A stretch of 64,000 bases of DNA, from the sequence record PP400777; one strand, given 5' to 3'. The translations under genes were made by a program, and so were the position numbers. Shown one piece after another: positions 1 to 11,086 of the stretch (within the stretch, counting starts at the first letter, position 1; the number at the start of each line of letters is the position of its first letter). Below the pieces are notes generated by a model. The model did not search any database. It was given only the letters and a program-made list of their open reading frames with translations, and was not told where the DNA came from. Origin of the DNA: Escherichia phage JM10.

Positions 1-106
1 ATATATTGAGTGCCCTTGAGGTGGAGCTGTTCATCACGAGCAATGAACTTCATAATCTTGGCATTACCTTCCATAATTTCCATGTTCTTATGGAAGTTAA
101 AGGTAC
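1..106 (-). CDS. nrdB: Ribonucleotide reductase small subunit NrdB, exon 2 (5' part only; CDS continues beyond window start)
   Basis: Minus-strand frame reads (C)[34 protein letters not shown], the conserved R2 segment following FYVSFAC; an in-frame stop at about 135-137 shows it is not continuous with exon 1. Confidence 0.7.
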
Positions 107-1197
107 CGTTATGTTCGATTGAGCTCGCTAATTCTCAACCCGTTCTCTTATGAACTGCTACATATTACTATGCAGACCAGACTATATCACAATCCCAGAG
201 GGATTCTCCCCATTTCGAGTCGCTTGACCCTACGTCCGAAGACTAGTCGTTGAACCTTGCTTTGCAATTGTCGCCGTGCCATCGTTTATATGTTGATGGT
301 GATAAATCTTTCTTATCACAATATGGACAATTCAATTGAATTCTATTTGGATTTAATTTACATCTGTCATTATGTTTTAGATAAAATCCAGGACCTTTAC
401 CAATGTGACCGCAGAAATCACATGTGATTTCTTTTTGTGCAGGATGGGTTCCGTTCTTAACCATTTCTAATGTTTTTGCTGATGTTCTTTTCTTATGGTC
501 TTCTGATAAGAAATGATGTGAACCGTCATTTACCCGTTTTGATTGAGTTTCTGACTGCATTTTACCACCGCAAAATACATGAGTACCTTCTTTTATAGCT
601 GCAATATTGCGTTCTTTAACTTTTGCAATATGCTCAGCTTGTTGAAAATTATGTATACCTAATGCAACTCTATTTAAATTAGATTTACGCTGTATTTCAC
701 CGTCTAAAAGATGAAATGTACCATTTTCTATCTTAGATTTAATAGAGGCAATATTTTTAGCTCGTACTTCAGGGATATTAAAAATCTGGATTTCTCTAGA
801 TTTTGCGGCTTTAGAAGCTAATTCAGAAATTTCTTCAGGAGAATATTTCATTCTAAGCTTTATAGCATGACAAGCCTGGTAATCTTTTTGAGCTAAATGT
901 ATATCATAATGTTCCTGTATAGAAAGGCACATCAAATTATCTAAATCATTATTTTCACGGTTACCGTCTTTATGATGGATTTCGTATGTTCTTCCATCAG
1001 AATCTTTAGGTATAGGTCCGTTAGCATCTATCCAAATTTTTCTATAGTTCAATTGTGCATCCTCTTAAAAGTATAATCATATTTATATTATACTAATTAA
1101 AGGTGCAAGCAAAACCTTGGCTGCTAGTTTTCCTATAAAGGACTTTCCAGCAATTAAAGGAGTTTTCGATAAACGTTACCGTTTAAAGGCGCATTTT
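107..1197 (-). mobile_element. Group I intron in nrdB (about 1091 nt) carrying an HNH homing endonuclease ORF
   Basis: Exon 1 ORF ends FYVSFA then stop; exon 2 resumes the conserved R2 sequence 1.1 kb downstream; proposed junction (exon ends in U, intron ends in G) restores FYVSFA-C-TFNF; the nrdB intron is a known T-even feature. Confidence 0.65.
243..1052 (-). CDS. I-TevIII: Intron-encoded HNH homing endonuclease, full length (269 aa)
   Basis: HNH motif YEIHHKDGNRENNDLDNLMCLSIQEHYDIH; C-terminal CxxC zinc-finger-like region; located inside the nrdB intron. Confidence 0.7.
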   Translation of the reverse strand: MNYRKIWIDANGPIPKDSDGRTYEIHHKDGNRENNDLDNLMCLSIQEHYDIHLAQKDYQACHAIKLRMKYSPEEISELASKAAKSREIQIFNIPEVRAKNIASIKSKIENGTFHLLDGEIQRKSNLNRVALGIHNFQQAEHIAKVKERNIAAIKEGTHVFCGGKMQSETQSKRVNDGSHHFLSEDHKKRTSAKTLEMVKNGTHPAQKEITCDFCGHIGKGPGFYLKHNDRCKLNPNRIQLNCPYCDKKDLSPSTYKRWHGDNCKARFND

Positions 1198-1873
1198 ACG
1201 CAAAAGATACATAAAAACGAATAGCTTCTAAGGCATTAATAACGTGCAAACAGAGGTAAAGAGATTTCATTAAAGCACGTTTAGCTTCGGCTTCTTGTTT
1301 AATAGCTCGGTTTAAACGAAAGTCGGCATCAGGAGATTCTTTAGCTAGTTCTACAAATTCTTTAGCATTTTCCCAATGACGAGTCTTGACTAGAACATCA
1401 TCGTAATATTTACCTATTGATTCAGCTCGTTTCATGATTGCTTCGTCTAATACAATCTCATCAAATACCTTAGATGGATCTGTATAAAGATTTCGCATAA
1501 TATGAGTATATGAACGAGAGTGAATAGTTTCACTGAAAGTCCATGTAGCAACCCATGTATCTAATGAAGGGTCTGAAAGCAATGACATAAGTACCGCAGA
1601 TGGTGCTCTACCTTGGATAGAATCTAATAATGATTGATACTTAAGGTTGTTGGTAAAGATGTCCTGTTGGAACTGTGGAAGCTTATTGAACTGCGCAGAG
1701 TCCAACATCAAGTTTACCTCTTCTGGACGCCAGAAAAACGACAATTGCTTTTCAATAAGTTCTTCAAAAACTTTATGACGCTGAATATCATACCGTGCGA
1801 GGCCAAGACCAGAACCAAAGAACATCGGTTCATTCAAAACATCGACTTGTTGTGTGTTAAAAACTGTACTCAT
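1198..1873 (-). CDS. nrdB: Ribonucleotide reductase small subunit NrdB, exon 1
   Basis: 225-aa ORF with R2 di-iron motifs, ending in the conserved LEAIRFYVSFA followed by a stop inside the intron. Confidence 0.85.
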
Positions 1874-1926
1874 TATATTTTCTCACTTAGTTTAACTCAT
1901 CCATGAGTAAATTATAATCAAAAGTC

Positions 1927-4182
1927 TTAAAGCTTACAAGCAGAACAATCTTCAGCTTTTGGAGTTTCTAGTTCATAGTCGTCAGTACCAGAACCGTCGC
2001 GAGTATTATGATAGTAGAGGTTTTTACCGCCAAAGTACCAGAAGTAAAGCAAATCGTCAAGCATTACAGACATTGGCACTTTACCTTTCTCAAATACTGC
2101 AGGGTCATAGTAAGTATTAGCAGAAGCAGATTGGCACACCCATTTCAACATGATAGCAACTTGGGTCAAATAAGGTTTATTACCTTTCTTAGCAAGTTTC
2201 CACGCATAGTCGTAAAGACTCATGTTATGTTCGATATTAGGAACAACCTGTCGGAAGTTGCCTTCTTTAGATTCTTTAATACTTACTGGACCGCGTGGGG
2301 GCTCAATCCCGTTTGTAGAGTTTGATACTTGACTGCTTGACTCACAAGGCATGAGTGCAGACAACGTTGAGTTACGAATTCCATGTTCTTTGAGTTCAGC
2401 TCGAAGTTCTTCCCAGTCACAGACGTAGTTCGGGGCTGCGATTTGGTCAATCTTTTTATTGTACCAGTCGATAGGTAATTCGCCTCTAGACCATTTAGTG
2501 TCTGAATAATACTCGCAACATCCTTTTTCTTTGGCGAGTTTGATTGATGCTTTGATAAGGCCATATTGCAATCTCTCAAACAATTCATGAGTCAAATCGT
2601 TAGCGTCTTCATATGAAGCAAAGTTGCTTGCTAACCATGCAGCATAGTTCGTCACACCAACACCGAGGTTTCGACGCTTTTTAGCTTTTAAAGCTTCTGG
2701 AACCGGATAATCTTGATAGTCTAACAGGTTATCAAGTGCACGTACTTGTACTTCAGCAAGTTCATTAATTTTATCTTGGTCCTGCCAATCAAAGTTATCT
2801 AACACGAATGCAGACAACGTGCACAACCCGATTTCAGCATCAGGACTATTCACATCATTAGTTGGAATAGCGATTTCACAACATAAGTTACTCTGACGAA
2901 TTGGAGCTTTTTCACGAATAAATGGAGTGTAGTTGTTCGTGTTATCAACGAATTGCGGATAAATTCGAGCAGTACCAGAGCGTTCAGTCATGAACAATTC
3001 AAAGAGTTCTAGTGCTTTGATTCTTTTCTTTCTGATTGTTGGGTCTTTTTCAGCTTTCTCATAAAGCTCACGGAATTTATCTTGATCTTCAAAGAACGAG
3101 TAATACAGTTCGCCTGACATTTCGTGAGGGCTAAATAAAGTAATATAATCATTTTTACCAAGGCGTTCCATCATAAGGTCATTAATCTGAATTCCGTAGT
3201 CCATATGTCGAATACGGTTTTCATCCACGCCTTTGTTATTTTTCAGAACCAATAGGTTCTCTACTTCTAAGTGCCACATTGGATAATACGCTGTAGCAGC
3301 ACCACCACGAATACCGCCTTGAGAACAAGATTTTACTGCAGTTTGGAAATGTTTCCAGAATGGAATAACACCCGTATGTCGAACTTCACCCATACCGATC
3401 TTAGAACCTTCTGCACGAAGCATACCAACGTTGATGCCGATACCGGCTCGTTTAGAAATATATTCAATAATTGATGCTGAAGTTTTGTTAATAGATTTTA
3501 AGGAATCACCGGCTTCAATAACTACACAACTAGAGAACTGGCGAGTTGGAGTACGAGCACCTGCCATAATTGGGGTTGGCAATGAAACTTGATGAGTAGA
3601 AACGGCATCATAAAAACGAATAATATGTTTCAAACGGTCATGAGTTTCGTCTTGGTGTAAGGCCATGCCAATAGCCATGATAGCAAACTGTGGAGTTTCA
3701 TAAATCTTCCCAGTTGTTTTATCTTTAACTAGATATTTTTCTTTAAGCTGCATAGCACCAGCATAAGTCAGGTCAAAGTCTCGTTCATGTTTAATCTGTG
3801 AATCGAGATAAATGATTTCTTCTGCTGAATATTGAGACAACAACTCAGGATCGTATTTGCCTTCATTAACACAGTAAGAAATATGGTCGATAAAAGCAGG
3901 CGGTTCAAACTGCCCATATACATCTTTACGAAGTGCAAACATTAGCCCTTTGGCGGCGACATAATGATAATCAGGTTCTTCGACAGAAATCAAGTTAGCT
4001 GCAACTTTAATACAAATCTTCTGAATATCTTTGGTGCTCATCCCATCGACAAGATGGGTCTTAATTTCTTCGTATAATTCATATGGGTCGATTTGTGTTC
4101 CTTCACATTGCCAAGTTAAGACTTGAATAATTTTCTGTGCATCAAAATTTTGGGATACACCACTGCTCTTAGTTACTTGCAT
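1927..4182 (-). CDS. nrdA: Aerobic ribonucleotide reductase large subunit NrdA
   Basis: 751-aa ORF; class I RNR alpha motifs (ATP-cone N-terminus, NLCCEI active-site region, C-terminal CSACKL); T4 position upstream of nrdB. Confidence 0.93.
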   Translation of the reverse strand: MQVTKSSGVSQNFDAQKIIQVLTWQCEGTQIDPYELYEEIKTHLVDGMSTKDIQKICIKVAANLISVEEPDYHYVAAKGLMFALRKDVYGQFEPPAFIDHISYCVNEGKYDPELLSQYSAEEIIYLDSQIKHERDFDLTYAGAMQLKEKYLVKDKTTGKIYETPQFAIMAIGMALHQDETHDRLKHIIRFYDAVSTHQVSLPTPIMAGARTPTRQFSSCVVIEAGDSLKSINKTSASIIEYISKRAGIGINVGMLRAEGSKIGMGEVRHTGVIPFWKHFQTAVKSCSQGGIRGGAATAYYPMWHLEVENLLVLKNNKGVDENRIRHMDYGIQINDLMMERLGKNDYITLFSPHEMSGELYYSFFEDQDKFRELYEKAEKDPTIRKKRIKALELFELFMTERSGTARIYPQFVDNTNNYTPFIREKAPIRQSNLCCEIAIPTNDVNSPDAEIGLCTLSAFVLDNFDWQDQDKINELAEVQVRALDNLLDYQDYPVPEALKAKKRRNLGVGVTNYAAWLASNFASYEDANDLTHELFERLQYGLIKASIKLAKEKGCCEYYSDTKWSRGELPIDWYNKKIDQIAAPNYVCDWEELRAELKEHGIRNSTLSALMPCESSSQVSNSTNGIEPPRGPVSIKESKEGNFRQVVPNIEHNMSLYDYAWKLAKKGNKPYLTQVAIMLKWVCQSASANTYYDPAVFEKGKVPMSVMLDDLLYFWYFGGKNLYYHNTRDGSGTDDYELETPKAEDCSACKL

Positions 4183-4269
4183 ATATTCCTCAGTATAGGT
4201 TGATAGACATTACTCCAAACGGGATAGTATTTATCCCGTTAATTTATTATACACTTTTAAACTGAAGCG

Positions 4270-4524
4270 TTAATTATCCTCAGCAATAATTTCTTCATAT
4301 TCTTTAGGTGTCAAGACCGTGATATCGAAATAAACCAACGGTTCTTTTTCTATACCGAATCCACCACAGAATTCACGATATTCATAAATTCGTTCATGTG
4401 AATAACAAATGAATCGTTCACCTTTAACTGTGATTTCACTATTTGGTGAAGGGATATCCAGTTCACTTGGATTTTTCATTTCAAAAATTGTGGTGCCATA
4501 TGAATTAATAAAACGTAAAATCAT
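4270..4524 (-). CDS. Hypothetical small protein between td and nrdA
   Basis: 84-aa ORF, compact spacing with neighbours; no recognisable motif. Confidence 0.45.
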   Translation of the reverse strand: MILRFINSYGTTIFEMKNPSELDIPSPNSEITVKGERFICYSHERIYEYREFCGGFGIEKEPLVYFDITVLTPKEYEEIIAEDN

Positions 4525-4525
4525 T

Positions 4526-4837
4526 TTATACCGCCATTTTAGCTTTGATAGCTGGATGAGATTCGTAATTTTTAAGAACGAAATCAGAATGTGTCATCGT
4601 TCCAGTAACCCAGTCCATTTGGATTTTTGTAGGCCAATTCTCAAAATTACTAGGCCAATTAATTTCAAGAGAACACAACTCTTTAGGTTCACGACGAAGA
4701 ACTTCTTTGCATTGTTCTACATGATTGCTGTAGATATGTGTGTTGCCGCCTGAGAACACTAAATCACCTGGGATAAGGTTACACATCTTCGCTACAATAT
4801 GCGTCAAGGCAGCGTACGAGGCAATGTTGAACGGTAG
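4526..4837 (-). CDS. td: Thymidylate synthase, exon 2
   Basis: LPFNIASYAALTHIVAKMCNLIPGDLVFSGGNTHIY... continues TS after the exon 1 end ...VDVFLG; exon1+exon2 = 286 aa. Confidence 0.9.
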   Translation of the reverse strand, partial: LPFNIASYAALTHIVAKMCNLIPGDLVFSGGNTHIYSNHVEQCKEVLRREPKELCSLEINWPSNFENWPTKIQMDWVTGTMTHSDFVLKNYESHPAIKAKMAV

Positions 4838-5853
4838 CATTATGTTCAGATAAGGTCGTTAATCTTATCCCGGAATTATATCCAGCTGCATGTCACCATG
4901 CAGAGCAGACTATATCTCCAACTTGTTAAAGCAAGTTGTCTATCGTTTCGAGTCACTTGACCCTACTCCCTAAAGGGATAGTCGTTAGGCATTTATGTAG
5001 AACCAATTCCACTTATCAGATTTTACACGGTAAGTAACTAATCCTGATGAAATTTCAAAATGTCTAGCCGCATCGGCTGCACATTCAAAAATAATCCCAT
5101 CGCATGAAATCTTTTTGATGTTAGCTGGCTTTTTGCCTTTCATCTTTTCAGATAGTTTAGTTTTAGTTTTTTCTGAATGTTTGTGATTAAAGAACGGGTT
5201 ATTTTCACCTGAACGTTTTCGGCACTTTCCACAAGTATCGGCCGAAGATGGTATGCGAACACCGCATTTACAAAACTTGTGGTTTTCTGGATTCCATCGG
5301 CCATTTTTACTTCCGTGTTTACCATAAAGAGCTTTCCGACCGTCAGGACCAAGCTTAAGCATCTTAGCTTTAACAGTTTCAGCTCGTTTCTTAGCAATTT
5401 CTTCTTTTAATGGATGATTTGAAAGCACATCGCCAAAAGACGCATCAGCAATATTATATCCATTAATTTTAGAATTTAGCTCTTTAATCCAAAAATTTTC
5501 TCGTTCAATAATCAAATCTTTCTCATATGTAATTTCTTCCAGTACAGAGCATTCAAAAACATTACCATGTTTATTAAAAGACCTTTGAAATTTTATAGAA
5601 GAGTGAACACCGTTTTCAAGGTCTTTAAAATGTCTCTTCCATCTTTTCTCAAAATCTTTAGCACTTCCAACATACACTTTACCGTTTAAAGTGTTTTTAA
5701 TCTGATAAATTCCGCTTTTCATAAACACCTCTTTTTATATAGAAGTATTTATTAAAGGGTAGTCCTACAATTTAGCACGGGATTGTCTACTAGAGAGGTC
5801 CCCCGTTTAGATAGATTACAAGTATAAGTCACCTTATACCTAGGCCTAAATTA
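4838..5853 (-). mobile_element. Group I intron in td (1016 nt) with I-TevI ORF
   Basis: Intron begins UAAUUUAGGCCUAGGUAUAAGGUGACUUAUACUUGUAAUCUAUCUAAACGGG (T4 td intron-like 5' end), ends ...AAUG before CUACCG; length 1016 nt as in T4. Confidence 0.88.
4985..5722 (-). CDS. I-TevI: GIY-YIG homing endonuclease I-TevI (intron-encoded)
   Basis: MKSGIYQIKNTLNGKVYVGSAKDFEKRWKRH... GIY-YIG domain plus C-terminal zinc finger/NUMOD3-like DNA-binding region; listed ORF trimmed to the MKSG start. Confidence 0.92.
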   Translation of the reverse strand: MKSGIYQIKNTLNGKVYVGSAKDFEKRWKRHFKDLENGVHSSIKFQRSFNKHGNVFECSVLEEITYEKDLIIERENFWIKELNSKINGYNIADASFGDVLSNHPLKEEIAKKRAETVKAKMLKLGPDGRKALYGKHGSKNGRWNPENHKFCKCGVRIPSSADTCGKCRKRSGENNPFFNHKHSEKTKTKLSEKMKGKKPANIKKISCDGIIFECAADAARHFEISSGLVTYRVKSDKWNWFYINA

Positions 5854-7237
<1,384 letters not shown>

Positions 7238-7300
7238 TTTATTCTCCTCTTCACTTTTATTTTATAGGGCTACTATAACATAGCCCTATCTTGTTATAAA

Positions 7301-7693
7301 CTACTTTTTAAAGGTTTTTTGCAAAAGTTTGATGATTTCGTCGACGTTGGTTTCATCTACGATACAATTGATTTTTGTTACACCTAAAGCTATACCTTCG
7401 TTAGTAGATTGAGGCTTTACTAAATCTACCTCAATAAAGTATTTGAACTCGTCAGGATAAATCTCAAAATAAGTTTCAATTTCACCACCGGCAGAACATA
7501 CAGTACCATCTTCCATAGTTACACTTACTACGTTTGACGTATCGCTATCATAATCAGGTTCCATTCCGTTTACAACAAAACTAGGCCCGTGGAGTTCAAT
7601 CAATTTTAACATCTTAGCGTTATTATGTGGTGCTTCTTGAACAAAGTCATCTTTAAATAAAGGGTTAATGATATAAGATTTTCCGATTTCCAT
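7301..7693 (-). CDS. Hypothetical protein (130 aa)
   Basis: ORF with SD GAGGAAA upstream and an early-promoter-like GTTTAC about 55 nt upstream. Confidence 0.5.
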   Translation of the reverse strand: MEIGKSYIINPLFKDDFVQEAPHNNAKMLKLIELHGPSFVVNGMEPDYDSDTSNVVSVTMEDGTVCSAGGEIETYFEIYPDEFKYFIEVDLVKPQSTNEGIALGVTKINCIVDETNVDEIIKLLQKTFKK

Positions 7694-7778
7694 TTTGATT
7701 TCCTCATGTTGTTGATAGGTTTATACTAACACATCCAGGGAAGAAGTAAACAACTTTTTCGGCAATTTACAGATACTC

Positions 7779-7800
7779 AAAAGGGAGACCGAAGTCTCCC
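7779..7800 (-). terminator. Rho-independent terminator after gene 32
   Basis: Perfect hairpin GGGAGAC-UUCG-GUCUCCC (minus-strand RNA) followed by a U-run, 7 nt after the gene 32 stop. Confidence 0.8.
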
Positions 7801-7806
7801 AATTTA

Positions 7807-8706
7807 TTATAGACCAGCTAACAGGTCATCGAGGTCGCCATCGTCAGAAGACGAGGAACTCATGAAGTCATCTTCAGTTTTTGCAGAACCAAAGGCTTCC
7901 ATGTCTTTATCAAAATCGTCAAGGTCAGAAGCAACTTTATCTGCAACAGAAGCTGCGGCAGCTGCTGCACCACCAAGAGCGGCAGTACCAAGAACTTGAT
8001 TAAATTTAGTATTCAATTCTTCAAACGATTTGAACTTATCTTTAGAAGTCATTTCAGAAAGGTCAACCATTTGTTCGAACAATTCTTTCTGGAAAGATTC
8101 ATCATCAATGTTTGGAATCGCAGATTGATTCAGGAATTTAGATTCGTCGTAGTTACTGAAACCAGAAACCTGTTTAACTTTCAGCACAAAGTTAGCACCT
8201 TCCCATGGGCAAGTTACATCAACTGGAGTTTCACCCATTTCAGTATCGACTGCAATCATTGCATTGATTTTGTCCCAAATCTTTTTACCGAAACGATATT
8301 TAAATACTTTACCTTCATTATCTGGAGCTTGTGGGTCTTTAACAACCAGAATATTAGCCCAATAAGAAGTTTTACGTTTCAGTTGAGAATATTCAGTTTT
8401 GTTGGTATTGTACAGGTCATTTTTACTAATGTACTGACATACAGGACAAGAGTCATAATCGCCGTGTGTAGATGAACAGGTTTCAATATACCATTTACCA
8501 TTTTTCTTGAACCCGTGGTTAACAAGAATTGTAAACGGAAGTGCGTCATCTGTTTTTGCCGGCAGGAAACGAATTACCGCTTGACCATTACCGGATGCAT
8601 CGAGTTTCAGCTTCCATTCACCTTTATCTTCTGAAGAGAAACCTTTGTTACCATTCAGTTTAGCCATCTGAGCTGCGAGGTCTGCGGTACTTTTACGTTT
8701 AAACAT
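7807..8706 (-). CDS. 32: Single-stranded DNA-binding protein gp32
   Basis: [49 protein letters not shown]..., acidic C-terminal tail; 299 aa. Confidence 0.95.
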   Translation of the reverse strand: MFKRKSTADLAAQMAKLNGNKGFSSEDKGEWKLKLDASGNGQAVIRFLPAKTDDALPFTILVNHGFKKNGKWYIETCSSTHGDYDSCPVCQYISKNDLYNTNKTEYSQLKRKTSYWANILVVKDPQAPDNEGKVFKYRFGKKIWDKINAMIAVDTEMGETPVDVTCPWEGANFVLKVKQVSGFSNYDESKFLNQSAIPNIDDESFQKELFEQMVDLSEMTSKDKFKSFEELNTKFNQVLGTAALGGAAAAAASVADKVASDLDDFDKDMEAFGSAKTEDDFMSSSSSDDGDLDDLLAGL

Positions 8707-8800
8707 TTTATTTGCCTTTATTTAGATTATTTAATTTATTTACAGTTGGTTGCTACGACACTTATACCTCGTAGCTGGTATGATTTATTTATAAAGTAAT
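8707..8800 (-). promoter_or_regulatory. Gene 32 5' leader: hairpin/pseudoknot candidate plus A/U-rich unstructured operator
   Basis: Stem GCUACGA/UCGUAGC at about 8752-8775 followed (toward the ATG) by UAAAUAAAUUAAAUAAUCUAAAUAAAGG; matches the known architecture of the gp32 translational autoregulation site. Confidence 0.55.
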
Positions 8801-8822
8801 TTTAACACACAAGAAATAAAGC

Positions 8823-9476
8823 TTAATACTTACATGATTTGATTGTTTCTATGAACAATTTCTTAGCAGCATTTCCATCGATTTGAAGTATTTTTCGATA
8901 TGCCTTTAATTTAGTAGAATAATTTTGCCAGACTAAGTTATCGGTGAGTTCGTCGTGCTTATCTATAATATTCAAAAATGAGTCCAATAATAAGAAAGTC
9001 TCAAATGAAATTATATTGCTTTGTAGCAATTTGAATATGTAGCTCGACTGAACGTTATTATTATAATCAAATATCTCTTGAAGCGCACTAACTTCAACTT
9101 TCTTACTGAAATAGTAGATGTTACGTACGTCTTCAGCAAACGTCTCTTTAGCTTGTTTGAGACGTCCAATATATTCCCTATAGAAAACTAATGCATCAGC
9201 GTCTGATATCTCACCAATCCATGCGTCTTGGTTAGCAACTAAGTTGCTTATGAATATCAAGGTGAGTTCCTTCAATTTATATTTCTCTGCTAGTTTTTCA
9301 AAGAAATATTTATCTCGACGTTTTTGATACGCATTATCCGAAACACGCATGCACCAGTTATATTTGATTACGTCATACCGACCACCAAAGTGGTTTTTGC
9401 ACATCAAGTATAGTTTATATACTGATTTACCGTTAATATACCGTTCTCCGCCAGGAGGCATGCGTATTTTAATCAT
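8823..9476 (-). CDS. 59: Helicase loader gp59
   Basis: 217-aa ORF in T4 order between 32 and 33, same length as T4 gp59. Confidence 0.8.
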   Translation of the reverse strand: MIKIRMPPGGERYINGKSVYKLYLMCKNHFGGRYDVIKYNWCMRVSDNAYQKRRDKYFFEKLAEKYKLKELTLIFISNLVANQDAWIGEISDADALVFYREYIGRLKQAKETFAEDVRNIYYFSKKVEVSALQEIFDYNNNVQSSYIFKLLQSNIISFETFLLLDSFLNIIDKHDELTDNLVWQNYSTKLKAYRKILQIDGNAAKKLFIETIKSCKY

Positions 9477-9811
9477 AATAAGAAATCTAACGTATTAGTT
9501 TTTTCACCACGAGCAACTGATGGGCGAAGCATGTTTTCGTCAATTGCTTCGCTTGTAATTTTTTCAACAATTCCTGTAGGAATAAATTTAGCAAATTGTG
9601 TTTCTGGAATAGAATTTTCTTCCAAGAAAGCAGTTGTTGCTTCTAAATAAGACATACCAAATTGTTCAACCATGGATTCGATAATGAATCCGTTTTCTTG
9701 TCGGTCAAGCAATTTAGCGATATCATCTTTATCATGTTTTACTGCTAATTCTTGTTCAGATAAACCGGCCTCATCAACCGGTTTAATATCACTTAGTGAA
9801 AACTGTGTCAT
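9473..9811 (-). CDS. 33: Late transcription co-activator gp33
   Basis: 112-aa acidic ORF at the T4 gene 33 position. Confidence 0.8.
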   Translation of the reverse strand: MTQFSLSDIKPVDEAGLSEQELAVKHDKDDIAKLLDRQENGFIIESMVEQFGMSYLEATTAFLEENSIPETQFAKFIPTGIVEKITSEAIDENMLRPSVARGEKTNTLDFLL

Positions 9812-10058
9812 AAAGCTCGACTACCTCTTCGTTTTCAGCTTCAAATTGATCACGAGCGTCTTTATGATAAAGAACTAACAAACGATTAAACATTTTTCCA
9901 TCAACGCCAAGCTCTTCTTTAGCACGAGTACGAATGTCTTTAATCAGTTCATTATAACCAGAAATTTTAAGTTTGTTATCAGAAGCTTCCTTGACTAGTT
10001 TAGCCAGTTCTTCACCATGCACATCTTGATTAAATTCAACTGCTTCTTTCTTAGCCAT
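9789..10058 (-). CDS. dsbA: dsDNA-binding protein DsbA (late transcription enhancer)
   Basis: 89 aa from the internal ATG (listed ORF has a 6-codon extension overlapping gene 33); position between rnh and 33. Confidence 0.7.
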   Translation of the reverse strand: MAKKEAVEFNQDVHGEELAKLVKEASDNKLKISGYNELIKDIRTRAKEELGVDGKMFNRLLVLYHKDARDQFEAENEEVVELYDTVFTK

Positions 10059-10065
10059 GTTTACC

Positions 10066-10983
10066 TCAGAATTCATTAATTACACTTGTTAATTTAGAAA
10101 GACCAGATTTTACAAAGTATGAATAAATCTTGCCTTTAGGTTGTTGTTTATATGAGTTATAATACTCTATAATGGTTGAAGCAATATTATCAGGTATATA
10201 ATCAAAATCAATGAGAACCAAATTTTCTTGATACCGTTTATATTCTTCTGCACTTAATAATACTTCAGCTTGAGAACGGTCATTAGCAATTGCTTCAATA
10301 ATTGATGTTTTCATACTTGGAGTTCGTTCACCATCAACTCTGGTAAACCAGAAGTCACCACGAACTCGAACAGATGCAACGCCGTCTTTACGGTCACCTT
10401 TAAGAATTTTAGTCATGCAATCAATTTCAGCAGAACAGTTCTTAATTTTAACCCATTTTTTCTGTGGTGGCGACCACTGTTTAACGTTAGGATATTTGTG
10501 TAATTGTGTAAAGTCACCATCTGATGCAACAATACATACCTTATGACCAGCTAATGACAAATATTTAGTTAATACACCGATATGGTCATCCGCTTCATAC
10601 TTGTCAATATCCATTACAACGTATGGCATGTATTTCTTAATCTCATCAACAACTTGATGGAGTGCAGTAAAATATCCTTCCCAATCCCACTTTGAAGCTT
10701 CACGATCGGTTTTACGATTTTTCTTGTAATAGTAAGCAAAGTCACGACGCCAATAACCTGAAGTAGCATTATCCATACACAATACAAATTTTGTATAGCC
10801 TTGCTTACGGAACATCACTACGTTTTTACGAATTGAATTCAAGATTACATGGCGAACCATTGGTATCGTAATTTTATCGCCGTCTTCAAAGTTGTTTAAT
10901 GCGGCTGCCAATGCAATGTTACTAAAGTCGGCAAGTGCAATACCTTCTTTATAATCTTCATCCAACATCATTTCTAAATCCAT
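10066..10983 (-). CDS. rnh: RNase H / 5'-3' exonuclease (FEN-1 family)
   Basis: 305-aa ORF at the T4 rnh position, divergent from gene 34. Confidence 0.85.
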   Translation of the reverse strand: MDLEMMLDEDYKEGIALADFSNIALAAALNNFEDGDKITIPMVRHVILNSIRKNVVMFRKQGYTKFVLCMDNATSGYWRRDFAYYYKKNRKTDREASKWDWEGYFTALHQVVDEIKKYMPYVVMDIDKYEADDHIGVLTKYLSLAGHKVCIVASDGDFTQLHKYPNVKQWSPPQKKWVKIKNCSAEIDCMTKILKGDRKDGVASVRVRGDFWFTRVDGERTPSMKTSIIEAIANDRSQAEVLLSAEEYKRYQENLVLIDFDYIPDNIASTIIEYYNSYKQQPKGKIYSYFVKSGLSKLTSVINEF

Positions 10984-11048
10984 ATGAACCTCTTGTTCAG
11001 TTAGTCAACTTTTCTATAGTAACACACTCATTTGAAAGCGTAAACTGG

Positions 11049-11056
11049 TATAAATA
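11049..11056 (+). promoter_or_regulatory. T4-type late promoter (TATAAATA) for gene 34
   Basis: Exact TATAAATA about 30 nt upstream of the gene 34 ATG, with AAGGA Shine-Dalgarno. Confidence 0.7.
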
Positions 11057-11086
11057 AGTATTATTGAAACAATAAAGGAAAAACGA

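Noticed and set aside
2008-2588. ORFs 2008..2325 (+) and 2283..2588 (-) within nrdA
   Set aside because: Fully embedded in or antisense to the well-supported nrdA coding frame; no start signals; typical of spurious frames in AT-rich phage DNA
5140-5397. 85-aa ORF inside the I-TevI gene in another frame
   Set aside because: Nested in the I-TevI coding sequence; no independent signals
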